Below are positions 23,328-35,214 of a stretch of DNA of 64,000 nucleotides, piece after piece. The translations under genes and the position numbers were made by a program. The DNA comes from Hypanus sabinus (taxonomy: Eukaryota): NCBI RefSeq assembly GCF_030144855.1, contig NC_082714.1:43090001-43154000 (forward strand), read 5' to 3'. The notes under the pieces were generated by a model. It searched no databases. It was not told the origin of the DNA and saw only the letters and a list, made by a program, of their open reading frames with translations. Within the stretch, counting starts at the first letter, position 1; the number at the start of each line of letters is the position of its first letter.

Positions 23328-23919
23328 TCCTATGAGGCTCCTCAAATTAGGCCATTTGGGTTTTGTCATTTTGGTAGGAGCGTATTACAGACCTCGCAAT
23401 AGTAAACAAGAGAAGCAGGAACAGACACGTGGCAGATAACAGAGAAATACAATAAAAATAAAATAATTAACTGGGATATAATTCCCTAAGTATCAAGTGA
23501 GGTTGTCATGGTGTTAAAAACTGAATTTTTGAGGTGTGTCCGGGAGAACTTTTTTCTGCAATATGTAGATACATCAACAAAGGGGAGAGAAATAAATTAA
23601 CAAACGAATGGAAATTCAGGGTCATAGTTGCAGACAGTATGCAGGAGTCCCACAGTGTAATCATCCAGTCTGCACTTGATTTCTCCATTTATAGTTGGCT
23701 CCAAGTGCAGTCCATTAGATTAGTAGACAGGCAGTTGAATTGCTGTTTCATTTGGAGGGACAGTCAAATTGGGATGAAGGAATGGCCACAAACCTGGCTA
23801 AGGTTAACAATTTACAGAATAGTTTTTTTTTTGCTGTCATGTAACAAATCCCCAGTTTACTGCATGGTATAGTTTCCATTTTATCCCGTTTCATATTAAC
23901 TAAATGTTTATGTTCTCAG

Positions 23920-23990
23920 ACATTTGAAGGCCATGATGCATCGGTACTGAAGATTATTTTTGTCAGTCATGGAACTCAGCTGCTAACAAG
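23920..23990 (+). CDS. TBL3: TBL3 coding exon
   Basis: ttctcag| acceptor; TFEGHDASVLKIIFVSHGTQLLT(S); donor gtacag; phase 0 to 2. Confidence 0.95.
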
Positions 23991-24324
23991 GTACAGTCTA
24001 TAAAATAGATTGGCATTAATATTGTAATTGGGTCTCATCATTCCTTTTCAAAGTGCATTAAAAGTGGAAGAAAAGTTTAAAAAATAAAACTTTAGAGCCC
24101 CTCAAACCCTACCTCCACTTCATTTTCTTGCTTGTGCTAAATATTCTTTGATAACTTATCTAACAAAAATCCCTTTCAACCATAATTTCTAGTGACCAAG
24201 CATCCACTGAGTGGGGAACTAAATTCCCTTTTTTCTAGTGTGTTTTACACAGAATGTTCATGCTCTGGCCTAGTTTTAAAAAGAGGAGGTGGTCTTGTAT
24301 CCACCCTGCGGAGTCCCTGATTAG

Positions 24325-24603
24325 GCTGTCGCTCAGTGCGTGGCACTATTACAGCTCGGGGCATCAGAGTTCAGTTCAAGCATCCTCAATAAGAAGTTTG
24401 TATGTCCTTTTCATGAGCGTGTGGGTTTACTCTGGGTGTTCTAGTTTCCTCCTACAGTCCAAAATCACTGGTTAGCACGTTAATTGGTCATTGTAAATTG
24501 TTTTGTGATTAGGCTAGGGTTAAATAGATGGATTGCTGGTCTGTGTGGCTTGTTGGGCTGGTAGGGGCAGTTCTGCACTGCGTCTCTAAATAAAATAAAA
24601 TAA
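24325..24603 (+). mobile_element. V-SINE-like element
   Basis: ctattacagctcggggcatcagagttcagttc head, gcgtgtgggtttactctgggtgttctagtttcctcctacagtccaaa core, (taaaa)n tail. Confidence 0.75.
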
Positions 24604-25818
24604 AACTCTAAACATGGGAACCCACAACAAAATTGTACAACCTGTTTGCATAAGTTAAACCTTTTAAGCTACAGTATCACAATGTTCAGGCACTTGAAGT
24701 AACATTGTGAAGCAACATTTGTTCCACACAAGGGCCAGGCATTTGTCATCTTCACCAAGGGCGGATTTAACCATCTCCCCTTAACATTTAGTGGCATATC
24801 TGAGGCTCCAACCCACAACCTTGTTGGTGTATGGTCACTGGAAGGACAGCAAATGGTGGCTCACTGCCATCATCTCAAGGGCATTTACAAAGGAAAATTG
24901 AATGCTTGTTCTTGACGTTCCTGGAAAGGAATTTGGGAAAATCCATGCTCAATTCACAAGATTTACAACTGAATTTTCAAACTATATATTATTTAAGCTG
25001 ATATTTATTGTAGCACATAGACCTTCAAATCCTTTCACTCTTCCACAGCATATTTTTTTGAAAAATTAGTTTTAGTTTATCTTTTTCATATTAGAAGTAG
25101 ATGCCTGTGCAGTTTTTCACATTGAACTCCATCTATTATAAATTTGTCCTTTTGTTAGCTCTATCTATAATCCCTTGTGACTTCTTGCACAGGAAAGCAA
25201 TTGACTGTGATTCCTATTGATGTTGTATAGAAACTTGGATAGACTATTCTCCTGGTGAAAATGCAAAATGTGTCATCTTCAGGGTTAGTTTGATTTGCAA
25301 AAGTTCCATAGTTATATGCAGTCCCTGGTGTGCAATTAATTATATCTTAAAGATGAATTTGGAGAAGTCACTGCCATTCAGAACAAAAAAAAACATTAAC
25401 AGCAGAAAGAGGCATCTTTTTTTTAATATTAGGTGGAAACTTCTGACGAATGTAAGATTCTCTTTGTTTCTTCTCCATCTCTGCCATCCAACTTCCTGCT
25501 TTACATTCTTCTCTTTGGATTCCCCGTTACTTATTTGTACTTCTTTCCACCCATCTCCCCAATTTTCTTCTTCATCTTAACCTATTTATTTTTTTTACCC
25601 AACCAACCTTCCTGCCTTGATTTTATGAACTCTGGAGGGGAGTTTATATATCTTTTAAACTGCAGTAATAAGAGGAGTAAATTTGTAGTGCAAGAGATGT
25701 ATGCTGTAAAACCTGACCACATCAATTTTTAATCTCTGATCAAATAATTTAAAGAATTCTATTGTAAGTTGACAGTTTCTTAATCAATGGGTTTATTTTC
25801 TTTTTTTTCCCCCCACAG

Positions 25819-25975
25819 TGGGTCTGATGGTTTACTGAAGCTTTGGACCATTAAAACCAATGAGTGTGTAAAAACATTAGATGCCCACGAGAATAAAGTG
25901 TGGGGTTTGCACTGTAACAAGAAAGATGACTTGGTTGTCACTGGATCGGGAGATTCATGTATAATTATCTGGAAG
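25819..25975 (+). CDS. TBL3: TBL3 coding exon
   Basis: ccccacag| acceptor; GSDGLLKLWTIKTNECVKTLDAHENKVWGLHCNKKDDLVVTGSGDSCIIIWK; donor gtacaa; phase 2 to 0. Confidence 0.96.
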
Positions 25976-26673
25976 GTACAATAAGTGAAATCACTAATGT
26001 GGTTCTGCTTTATTCTCTTTTTCAATTAACTGGACGTTGTGTTTTCAAGAGTTTTGTTGTTCAGATTTTTACATTCCATTTTCTGCTGTCACTCTTGGCC
26101 AGGGAGAGAGTTCTGTTTGGTAGCAATGCTTGCTTTCTAAGAATATGATGAGACAAACACTTCTGTTGCTTTGTTCAATAAAGGGATGAAACTTGCATCA
26201 AATATATTTCAGTGAATTATGTAGCAATTGTCTGGGCACTAGACTATTACCTTTGGGCCTTTGCTTGAATCCGCGAGAGATAGAATGAAGAAAAATCTCT
26301 TTTCATAGTTGTAAGTACTAGACTGTACGTGGGCTTGGAGAAACATCTTTCAAAGCAGGTTGATTCTGCAGTACCACTTCCAAAGTTGCTGAGTCAAAGC
26401 TTGATATTGTGGTTTGTCGAGCTGGAGTAGACAGGAATGATTAATGTTGTGCACTACTTTTCCCCAACCACTATCCTTCATCTTTACTCATCTTCTCCTT
26501 TATGCTGTGCAAGTGCCGTATGACTCCATGACTCAGTCGAAACCTCTTCAGGCATTTTTTGTTGACAAGCCTGTAACTGAAGGGCATTGTGGGAGACGGA
26601 AGATAAAGTTTCTGTAGCTTTTTGTATTTTGGCTGCTTTAAGTATATTGAAATGCTCCTTTTGTGTGTTTCAG

Positions 26674-26732
26674 GATGTTACAGAGATTGAGCTTGCAGAA
26701 GAGCAGGCCAAACAGGAAGAGCAAATTTTAAA
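26674..26732 (+). CDS. TBL3: TBL3 coding exon (linker to Utp13 C-terminal domain)
   Basis: tttcag| acceptor; DVTEIELAEEQAKQEEQIL(K); donor gtatgt; phase 0 to 2. Confidence 0.94.
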
Positions 26733-27795
26733 GTATGTTGTTTAAGTAACTAAATAAACAAAAGTGGTGAAAATTCTGGGCAGCGTCAGTGGAGAGGGAA
26801 ATGAAGTTAGCATTTCTGATGTAAATCTATCAACTTGAACCGACAAATTTTGTGGGAAAAAGACTTTTAATGATGCAGAGAAATGGGTTAGCGGAAGAAA
26901 GAAGTTTCTGGGAAGTAGTTTATTAATTGACAAAGGGGTCTACTGTTCAAGACAACAGGGTGTAATAATAAAAGCTTGGAAACAAAAAAAGGTTCAGAGA
27001 AAGTAAAACCGGGAGTTGCAATGATTCTAAACTCAGTGATTTGGTTTAAAAGGCTGTGCCTAACTGAAAGATGTTTTTCTTGTCCATTTCCCTTTTGTTA
27101 GTGCAGTGGGAGAGTAGAAATAAAACATGTAGTGTAGGTTTTATATAAAAGGGTGATTGGGCCAAAGGGCCTGACACAAGTGCTGTATAACTGTGACCTA
27201 CTGTGCAATGCTGAAGATGCAGTTACGGAATGAAGGATTAAAATTAAGTAACCAGACTACTTACACAACATGTGAAGGTGCTCTACAAAAGTCATCTAAT
27301 CTGCGGTTTAAAGTGCAGTGTAACAATGAAGGAGATCTAAATCTTGTCATCAAATATTACTGGATAAAAGTAAGATGTAATTCTGTAGCATTCATTATTA
27401 TATAGGAGGTATCTTTTAAACTTGGATTAAAAATTGACACAAATTATGGTATTATTAAAATATCCCAAGTGCTATGTTTGTCAAAGTGATTTTTGCTCCA
27501 AAGTCTTATTAAACTTAACATCAATAAAGCATACTAACCAAGTCTGAAAAATATAGTTGAATTGGTCCATCAATTCTTTGGACTGAAATTATAGAATACA
27601 GCAAAGATGAAAGTGTTCACTTTTGGTGTTGGTGCTATTGTAAGTGATAACAGATATGAGATCCTTTAAATGATACTGCACTAATGTGTATTTTTTCTGT
27701 TCTCTTTATTCTTTTTACTAGAACACTAAGCTTGGGTGCTCTTCTTTGTGTTACAATAGTTCTTTGACTAATTAAAATTAATCTCTCTATTCCAG

Positions 27796-27899
27796 ACAAC
27801 AAGAATTATCTAATTTATTGCATGAACGAAAATACTTGAAAGCTTTAGGATTAGCCATCTCTTTGGACCAGCCCCAGACAGTACTGATTGTGATCAAAG
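27796..27899 (+). CDS. TBL3: TBL3 coding exon (Utp13 C-terminal domain)
   Basis: ttccag| acceptor; QQELSNLLHERKYLKALGLAISLDQPQTVLIVIK; donor gtaaat; phase 2 to 1. Confidence 0.95.
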
Positions 27900-28374
27900 G
27901 TAAATATGATGCTTTTTCCATCACAGATTTTTGCTTAATTGGTATGTATTTAAACAGAAGTTGAATGGTTGTAACTAATGTAATTTGTAATCCTCTTTCA
28001 ATTGTCATACTCCAGACCTCACAGTTCAAAGACTTTCACTCTTTTGACCCCCATAAAATGCTTTGCAGTCTATGAATTATTTTTGAAGGAATATCACTGA
28101 GAGGGATGTTAGATAATTTGGAAGATGACTAGTCTTAGTAGTGTTTATTTGAAAAATGGCCAGGATGTCACATATTATGACCTAATTGGTGGAATTCATC
28201 GACTTTGAATTCTACTAATTAAGCCAAATCTAACACTTGTCAGAAGATTGTGAGTTATCTATAAGCATAGAAGTCTTCCATTGATACAAAATTAATAGTA
28301 TTAAGTGAATAGTATACAACACCAAACTGAGGCCTCATCTGGTCATTTGGATGGACCTAAGTTTCTGTGGCATG

Positions 28375-28828
28375 AATGGAACTGGTTTATTATTGTCATG
28401 TGTACAGAGGTAATGAAAATCTTGTCTTGCGTATTGTTCATACAGATCAAATCGTTACACAATACATTGAGATAGAACAAGGTAGAATATTAATGATGCA
28501 AAATAAGCTATATCAATTACAGAGAAAGTGCAGTGCAGGTAGACAATAAGGTGCAAGATCATAATGAATTTGGATGTGAGGTGAAGAATCTCTCTTATGA
28601 ATTATGTAACAGCTGAGTAGGAGCTGACCTTGAACATGGTAGTACATGCTTTCAGGCTTTTGTACCTTCTATCCGATGGAAGAGAGGAGGAGAGAGAATA
28701 TCCAAAGTTGTTGGGTCTTTGATTGTGCTGGCTGCTTTACTGAGGCAGCAAGAAGTATAGAGAGGCCGTGAAGGGGAGGCTGGTTTCCATAACATGTTTA
28801 GCTATGTCAACAACTGTCTGCAATGTCT
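28375..28828 (-). mobile_element. Rex1/Babar-like LINE 3' fragment (continues at about 30432)
   Basis: Reverse-complement 3' end (ggtttattattgtca) and late-ORF remnants; resumes after the Penelope insert. Confidence 0.6.
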
Positions 28829-30430
28829 AAACACAAAATTCTGCAGATACTGTAAATCTTGGAAGTCAGATAAAATTCTGGAGGAATTCAGCAAATTAGT
28901 CAGCATCGATGAAGGGGAATAATCAGTTCACATTTTGAGGCATGACCCTTCGTAAGCACTAGAAAGAAAGCGGGTAGAAGCTCAAACAAGAAGGTGGGGC
29001 ACAGGGAATCTGGCAAGTGATAGGTATGATTAGGGTGGGTGGGTAGGGAAGGGGTGATGAAGTAAGCTGGGAGAGGATAGGTGGAAGAAGTAAAGTGCTA
29101 AAGAAGAAGGAATCTAATAGGAGAGGACAATGCACCATGGAAGAAAGGGGAGGAGGAGGGGAACCAGAAGGTGGTCATATGCAGGTGGGAAGAGAAGGGT
29201 TGAGAGGGTAACCAGAATGGGAAAAGAGAAGTGGGGGGAAGGGAATCACCAGAAGTTCGAGAAATCATTGTTCATGCTGTCAGGTTGGAGGTTACCTAGA
29301 TAAAATATGAAATGATGCTCCTCCAACCTGAATTTGGCTTCATTCTGCTGGTAGAAGAGGCCACGGACAGACATGTCTGTATGGGAATGGGAAGCTGAAG
29401 TGAAATGGTAGCCGCTGGGAGATCCTGCCTTTTGTGGCAGACAGAGGAAAGATGTTCAGCAAAGCACAGGCACCCAATTTGTGTCCAGCCTCACTGACGT
29501 AATGACCCCAGCAGACTTGTGGGCGATGAAGTGTCACGTTACCTGAAAGGACTCTAATTGAGTCTGTGGCTCTAATTGAAAAGTTCTGTCCTCAGCAAGC
29601 GACTTGCCCTTGTCCCCTGTGCCCTCACCTCGGAGATATGTGCCTGCCATGATGCCGAGTTCTTCTTCCACCACCTCTATCAACTGACTCCTTTGACAGG
29701 GACTCCCCACCAATGACCCCTTCTCCCATCTTCAACCCCCCCCCCCCTCCCCTCCTCTCTTGGACACCCTACTCTGCTTTTTTTGCCTGTTCTGGGTCTT
29801 TTCACCTCTAACTACTGATGAGACAACTGTCTCAACTTCACCCCTCTTCTCCCCATTCTAACCTCACCCCTACTGAACACACTGCCCTCCACTCTCTGTA
29901 CCAATCCCAACCTCACCACCACCCTCCACCGTCTGACGGAAATTGTTCTCAACCTGAAAAATTTCTCTTTTGGCTCCTCTCACTTTCTCCAAACAATAGG
30001 TGTAGCATGGGCACTTGCATAGGCCCTACTTCAGTCTATCTATTTGTCAGCAATGTGAATCAGTCCAGTTTCCAAGCCTACACTGGTAATGCTCCATTAT
30101 ATCGACAACTGTATTACTGTTACTTTCTGCACCCATCCTGAGTTCATGATTTTGATCAACTTTGCCTCCATTTTCCACCCTTCCCAAGAATTTACTTGGT
30201 GCATCTCTGACCCTTCTCTCCCTGTCTCCATCTCTGATGGCAAACTATCCCTTGACATCTTTTACAAACCTACTTAATCTAACAATTATCTTGCCTATAC
30301 CTTTACCAATCTGTCACACCATCCTCTATCTCTGCCACACCTGTTCTCAGATGTCCTCCTTTTTTCCCACCACCATCAAAGCTGCCCTTGCCTGCATCTT
30401 CTCCATTTCCCCATCCTCTGGCCACCATCA
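28829..30430. mobile_element. Penelope-like composite: 3' part on minus strand (about 28829-29560) joined to 5'/RT remnants on plus strand (about 29570-30430)
   Basis: Minus strand gives LEEHHFIFYLGNLQPDSMNNDF (GIY-YIG C-terminus). Plus strand gives MGTCIGP, HYIDNC and DIFYKPT, the Penelope RT motifs. Confidence 0.7.
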
Positions 30431-30431
30431 T

Positions 30432-31610
30432 TCTCTGTATCTGTACAATTTCTTGCTGTCACAAGCAGAACATTAGCCGTGCCAAGCCATTGAGCATCCA
30501 GGATAGAATGCTTTCTGTGGTGCTTCAATAAAAGTTGGTAAGGGTCTATGGGGACATGCCACCTTTCTTTAGATTCCTGAGGAAGTGGAGGGGTTCTTGG
30601 CTGTGGCATCTGCGTGCTGGGAGCGGGACAGGCTATTGGTGACGTTCATTCCTAGAAACGTGAAGCTCTTAATTCTCTCAACCTCAACACCATTGACTAA
30701 GACAGGAGCATGTTGACTGTCCCCTTCCTGGAGGCAATGACCAGCTCTTGCTTTGTTGACCTTCAAGGGAAAGGTTGTTGTCATGACACTGTTACTAAGC
30801 TCCTTATCTCCTTCCAGCATTTCAACTCATCTTTATTTATGATGTGACCCTCTATGGCAGTATCATTTGTTAGAACCGAATCTGGCGATGCAGCCATGAC
30901 TGTAAGGGGAGTATAGGAGGGTCTGAGGATGCAATAACCAGGCATTTTGCCTTGTCGTGCTGGCCACACTGTTCCCTTCAGCCAATATTATTAAATTCAA
31001 GTTTGTCATTCAACCATATACGTGTACACTGTCAAATAAAACAACATTTTTCCGGACCAAGGTGCACAACACAGTACATATAACACACAACACAATGTTA
31101 ACACAAATAAATTAACAAATAATATATATTCCATAAGTTTGATATTTAGTATAAAGTGCATTTACAACGCAAGATTAGAAGTTAACAGTATAACTCCATT
31201 GGCACTTCATACGTAATGAGACCCAGACGGTGGCAGGGAGTTCATGGCCTGGGAGAAGAAGCTGATTCCCATCCTAACAGTCCTTGTCCTAATGCTACAG
31301 TACCTCCAACCTAATGGCAGGGAGGCAGAGAATGTGGGATGGATGGGAGGAATCTTTGACAATGTTAAGGGCCCTGCGTACACAGTGCTCCTAATAAGTG
31401 TCTTGGATGGGTGGAAGAGGGACCCTGATGATTCTCTCAGCAGTTCTCACAATCCTTTGTAAGGACTTCTGGTCAGATGCCTTGCAAATCCCATCCCAAA
31501 CAGTACTGCGGCTGGACAGGACACTCCTGTGATCATTGGTTAGAAGGGGAGGGGGTGGAATTCTTGCATCCTAAATCTCCTCAGAATGTGGAGATGCCGC
31601 TGTGCTTGGT
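30432..31610 (-). mobile_element. Rex1/Babar-like LINE fragments
   Basis: PVLVNGVEVERIKSFTFLGMNVTNSLS motif (ORF 30569-30820); a second 3' fragment at about 30990-31610. Confidence 0.7.
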
Positions 31611-32599
31611 TAAAATAGATTTCCAAAATGAGTTGGGCTATTATTACTTTGCAGTTCTTGGGAGGAAGTTTGCACAGATTCTCTGAAACTTTTCTTTGCA
31701 GCAATACTCAATTATCACCTGAGTTTACTCTGTAAATGTTTTTGCCTCTTGCTGTCACGAAAATGCACATTTTTGTATCAACATACATATCTTCGGATCC
31801 TTTACATGAGGAAAGGTTATCATTGCATTATGTATGTTCAATAACTTCTACCAAATTGCACCTGTAGAAAGAACTTTCTGGTTAGTTCAAAATATCTCTG
31901 TCCAATATTTCCTTAGAAACACTCAGCCTAACTCAAGGAAGCTGCAAATCAGTGTATTTCCCAAAATGTTACCTTCCTTCAGCATGGTCTAGTAGTCATC
32001 CAGAGGTGTACGTAATGTTATTTTGAGAAGTGGCATGTACATCAACTCGTGCTGGAATGCCGTTCTGCAGGTTGCCAACCATTGGAGTGAAATGAACTTG
32101 TGCATGTATAATTACATTCCTTCCTCCGGGTTAAAATTTGACTACTAGTTGTGCTTTTTGTCATACCATGAATGTTATTGATGCCCTTACTTTTTAGGAG
32201 CTGTGATACAACCTCTAAATCTTTGCAAGTCCTAACTGAAAATACTCAGTCATTTTACAAGAGGAGTACACCAAATCACTGCTCAAGTTTGTACTTCAAT
32301 TTTCAAATCTATTTGGTTAACTTGACTCAAAGCTGTCCCACCCTGTCCTGTTCCTTGTTTTTCTTAGTCCCCAAAAATATATCTGTCTCATCCCTTGACA
32401 GGGCATGCCACAGGGTAGAGAATTACAAAGGCATGTAATGCTCTAATATTCTCAGCATCTGCTGATTTTCTCTCGTGTTTGTAACACTCTGTTCTTTTTG
32501 GTTTCAAATGGTTAACTGTTTTATCTTGAGAACAAACATTTAGTGCTGGATTCTTGGGCTTCTCTGCAACTAGCATATCAACAATTTTGTTTTAATAAG

Positions 32600-34980
32600 G
32601 TCATGTTCCAAAACCAGCAAGGATAGCCCTCACATTCCAAGAGTAGGTCCAGTCCCCTCCACCGCCTATAGCAGAAGCCCTGGAAACTGAGAAGCAACGT
32701 TAACAGCTGTGCCTACCAGACTACAGAGGTACACTAAGGACACAGAGGCCAAGTGAATAAATCCAAAGAACCAGGAAAGTCATTAGCACAGTTCCAGAGT
32801 GACAGCATGTCAGTATCTGCACCAACCAAAACAGCAACTGAGGAGTACTGGAAGAGTATATGGGAGAAAGAAACATAACATAACAGCCGTGCCCAATGGC
32901 TGAAAAACCTACAAGCGAGTCTCTGAAATATCCCAGAGGAAGAATCAGTCATCATCTCAGCAGTAGGTGGGTAGCAAGTATGAAAAGCTGAACATCACTA
33001 GGGCCTGACATGATCGATGCCTTTTGGCTCAAGAAACTAACAGCACTGCATACACATCTGGCAGCTCAAATGAACCAGCTGCTAGAAGCAGGCTCCCACA
33101 CCCCCACCCCGACCGACAGTACTCATAATGAAGGATCCTCACAAAGGAACATTGAACCGACAAACTACCGGCCTATAGCCTGCCTGTCAACACTGGAAGC
33201 TCCTGTCAGGCGTTGTAGACACAGTGCTGAAGGAACGTGTGTAAGTTCCTGAGCCCTGCTCAGAGAGGGATTGGTAATGGAACCAGAGGCTCCATGCACC
33301 ATCTACTAGTAGACAGAGCAGTCATTTGAGACTCCATGATCAGGCAAACTGACCTGAATGGATCGGCTATCAGAAAGTATACGATTCAGTGCCCTATGCA
33401 TGGATCCTGGAGTGCCTGTGTCTGTACAACGTCAACAAGTCACTAAGGTGCTTCATTAAGAACTCATTGGGGCATTGGAGGGCAATGCTAGACGATAATT
33501 CAAAGCCAAAAGCACAATTGATCATCAGATATGGAATATACAAGGCGATGCACTATCCCCACTACTATATTGCATAGGCTTGAACCCTCCCCCCCCCCCC
33601 CCCCCCAGACAGATCTTCTCAAGGAGTGGACATGGGTCCAGGTTCAAGAGTGGACTGATCATCAGCCGCCTCCTGTAGATGGATGACATCAAGCTGTATA
33701 CCAGAAGTGAGAGAGACACTGACTCACTCATCCACCTGACAAGGGTGTACAGCAGAGACATCGGCATATCACTTGGACTTGGATGGTAGTGAAGAGAGGC
33801 AAACTCATCAAGACTGAAGGAGTCGAGTTACCCTAAAGGCCACATCCCAAATGTATAGGACGGCTACAAATACCTGGGGACCCTGCAGGCACATGGAAGC
33901 CACACTGAGGACACGAGGAAGGCTGCAACATCCAAGTACCTTGAAAGAGTGAGACAAGTACTGAAAAGCCAGCTAAAAAGGAAGAACAAGATCAGGGCCA
34001 TCAGATGCCCAGCCTTAATAGTGTGCTGGCCAAGGTGTGAGCTGAAAGCCGCTGATATCAAGACCCGGAAACTACTAACAGTACATGGAAGATTCCATCC
34101 AAAGTCCAACGTTGAATGACTGTAAACCTGCTGGAATAAAGGAGGATGGGGATTTGGAAGTGTCAAGGCCACAGTCCTGAAAGAAATGTGAAACATCTAT
34201 GAGTAAGTCTGGAAGATGACCCCTGAGGATGACCCAGTAGGAGAATACCTCAGACAGCAGGTAGGGTGTATGGAAATGGAAGTGGGTGAAGCAGAGCCAG
34301 AGGACCAGAGGCCAGGGCAGGACAAGCCACCGCACGGGATGTACCATCACTGGATATCAGAGGTGGCTGACGTAAGAAAGACTTACCCAAAGGTTGGAAA
34401 TTCCAGGGCTGAGGGAAGGTAGAGGCGCTGCTCGTGGCTGCACAAGAACACGCGCTGAGTTGAAGAGCAATAGAAGTAGGAGTCTTATCACACTAGACAA
34501 GACCCAGGATGCAAACTGTGTAAGGAATCTGCTGAAACCATCCAGCACCTAGTGGCAGGGTGCAAGATGCAGCTAGAAACAGCAGACACTGAACGGCACA
34601 ACCAAGTTGCAGGAAATTTGTTCAGGAACATCTGTGCTGAGTATGGATTGGACATCCCCAAGTCCAAATGGGAAACACCCGAGAAGGTAGTGGAGAATGA
34701 CAGAGTTAAGATCCTGAGGGATTTTCAAATACAGACTGATAAGCAGGTAGTGGTCAACCATAAGCAAGTACTGGCCAGACATAGTCACACTGGACAAGGA
34801 ACAGAAGAAAGCAGTAGCAATTGATGTGGCAATCCTGAATGACCAGAACATCAGGAAGAAAGAATATGAGAAGCTGGAGAAATGCCAGGGCTTAAAAGAG
34901 CAGATCGAAAGGATGTGGAAGGTTAAAGCCAGAGTAATCCCATTTGTGATGGGAACGCCTGGGGCTGTGACACCTGGACT
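32600..34980 (+). mobile_element. Decayed R4-clade (Rex6/Dong-like) non-LTR retrotransposon with restriction-like endonuclease
   Basis: KKLTALH, NYRPIACLST, MDDIKLY, YKYLG, CKLCKESAETIQHLVAGC (CCHC), RHNQVA, then PDIV...IDVAI...KLEK (PD-(D/E)xK). Many frameshifts. Confidence 0.85.
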
Positions 34981-35214
34981 ATACGTATATAAAAGATAGC
35001 CAAAAAAAGGTGAAGTAGTGTATATGGGTTTATTAGCCATTCAGAAATCTGATGGTAGTGGGAAAGAAGCTGTTCCTAAAACATTTCTAAAATCTGTGTA
35101 CAGTATTCCCTGTACAGTCAACTCAAAGCTCTATGTAATAATAGCACAGCCTTTTGCTCATATTCCAACACAAAGTCCAGGTATGACCTATGGCAGGTCA
35201 TTGTGAGAGTGAAA

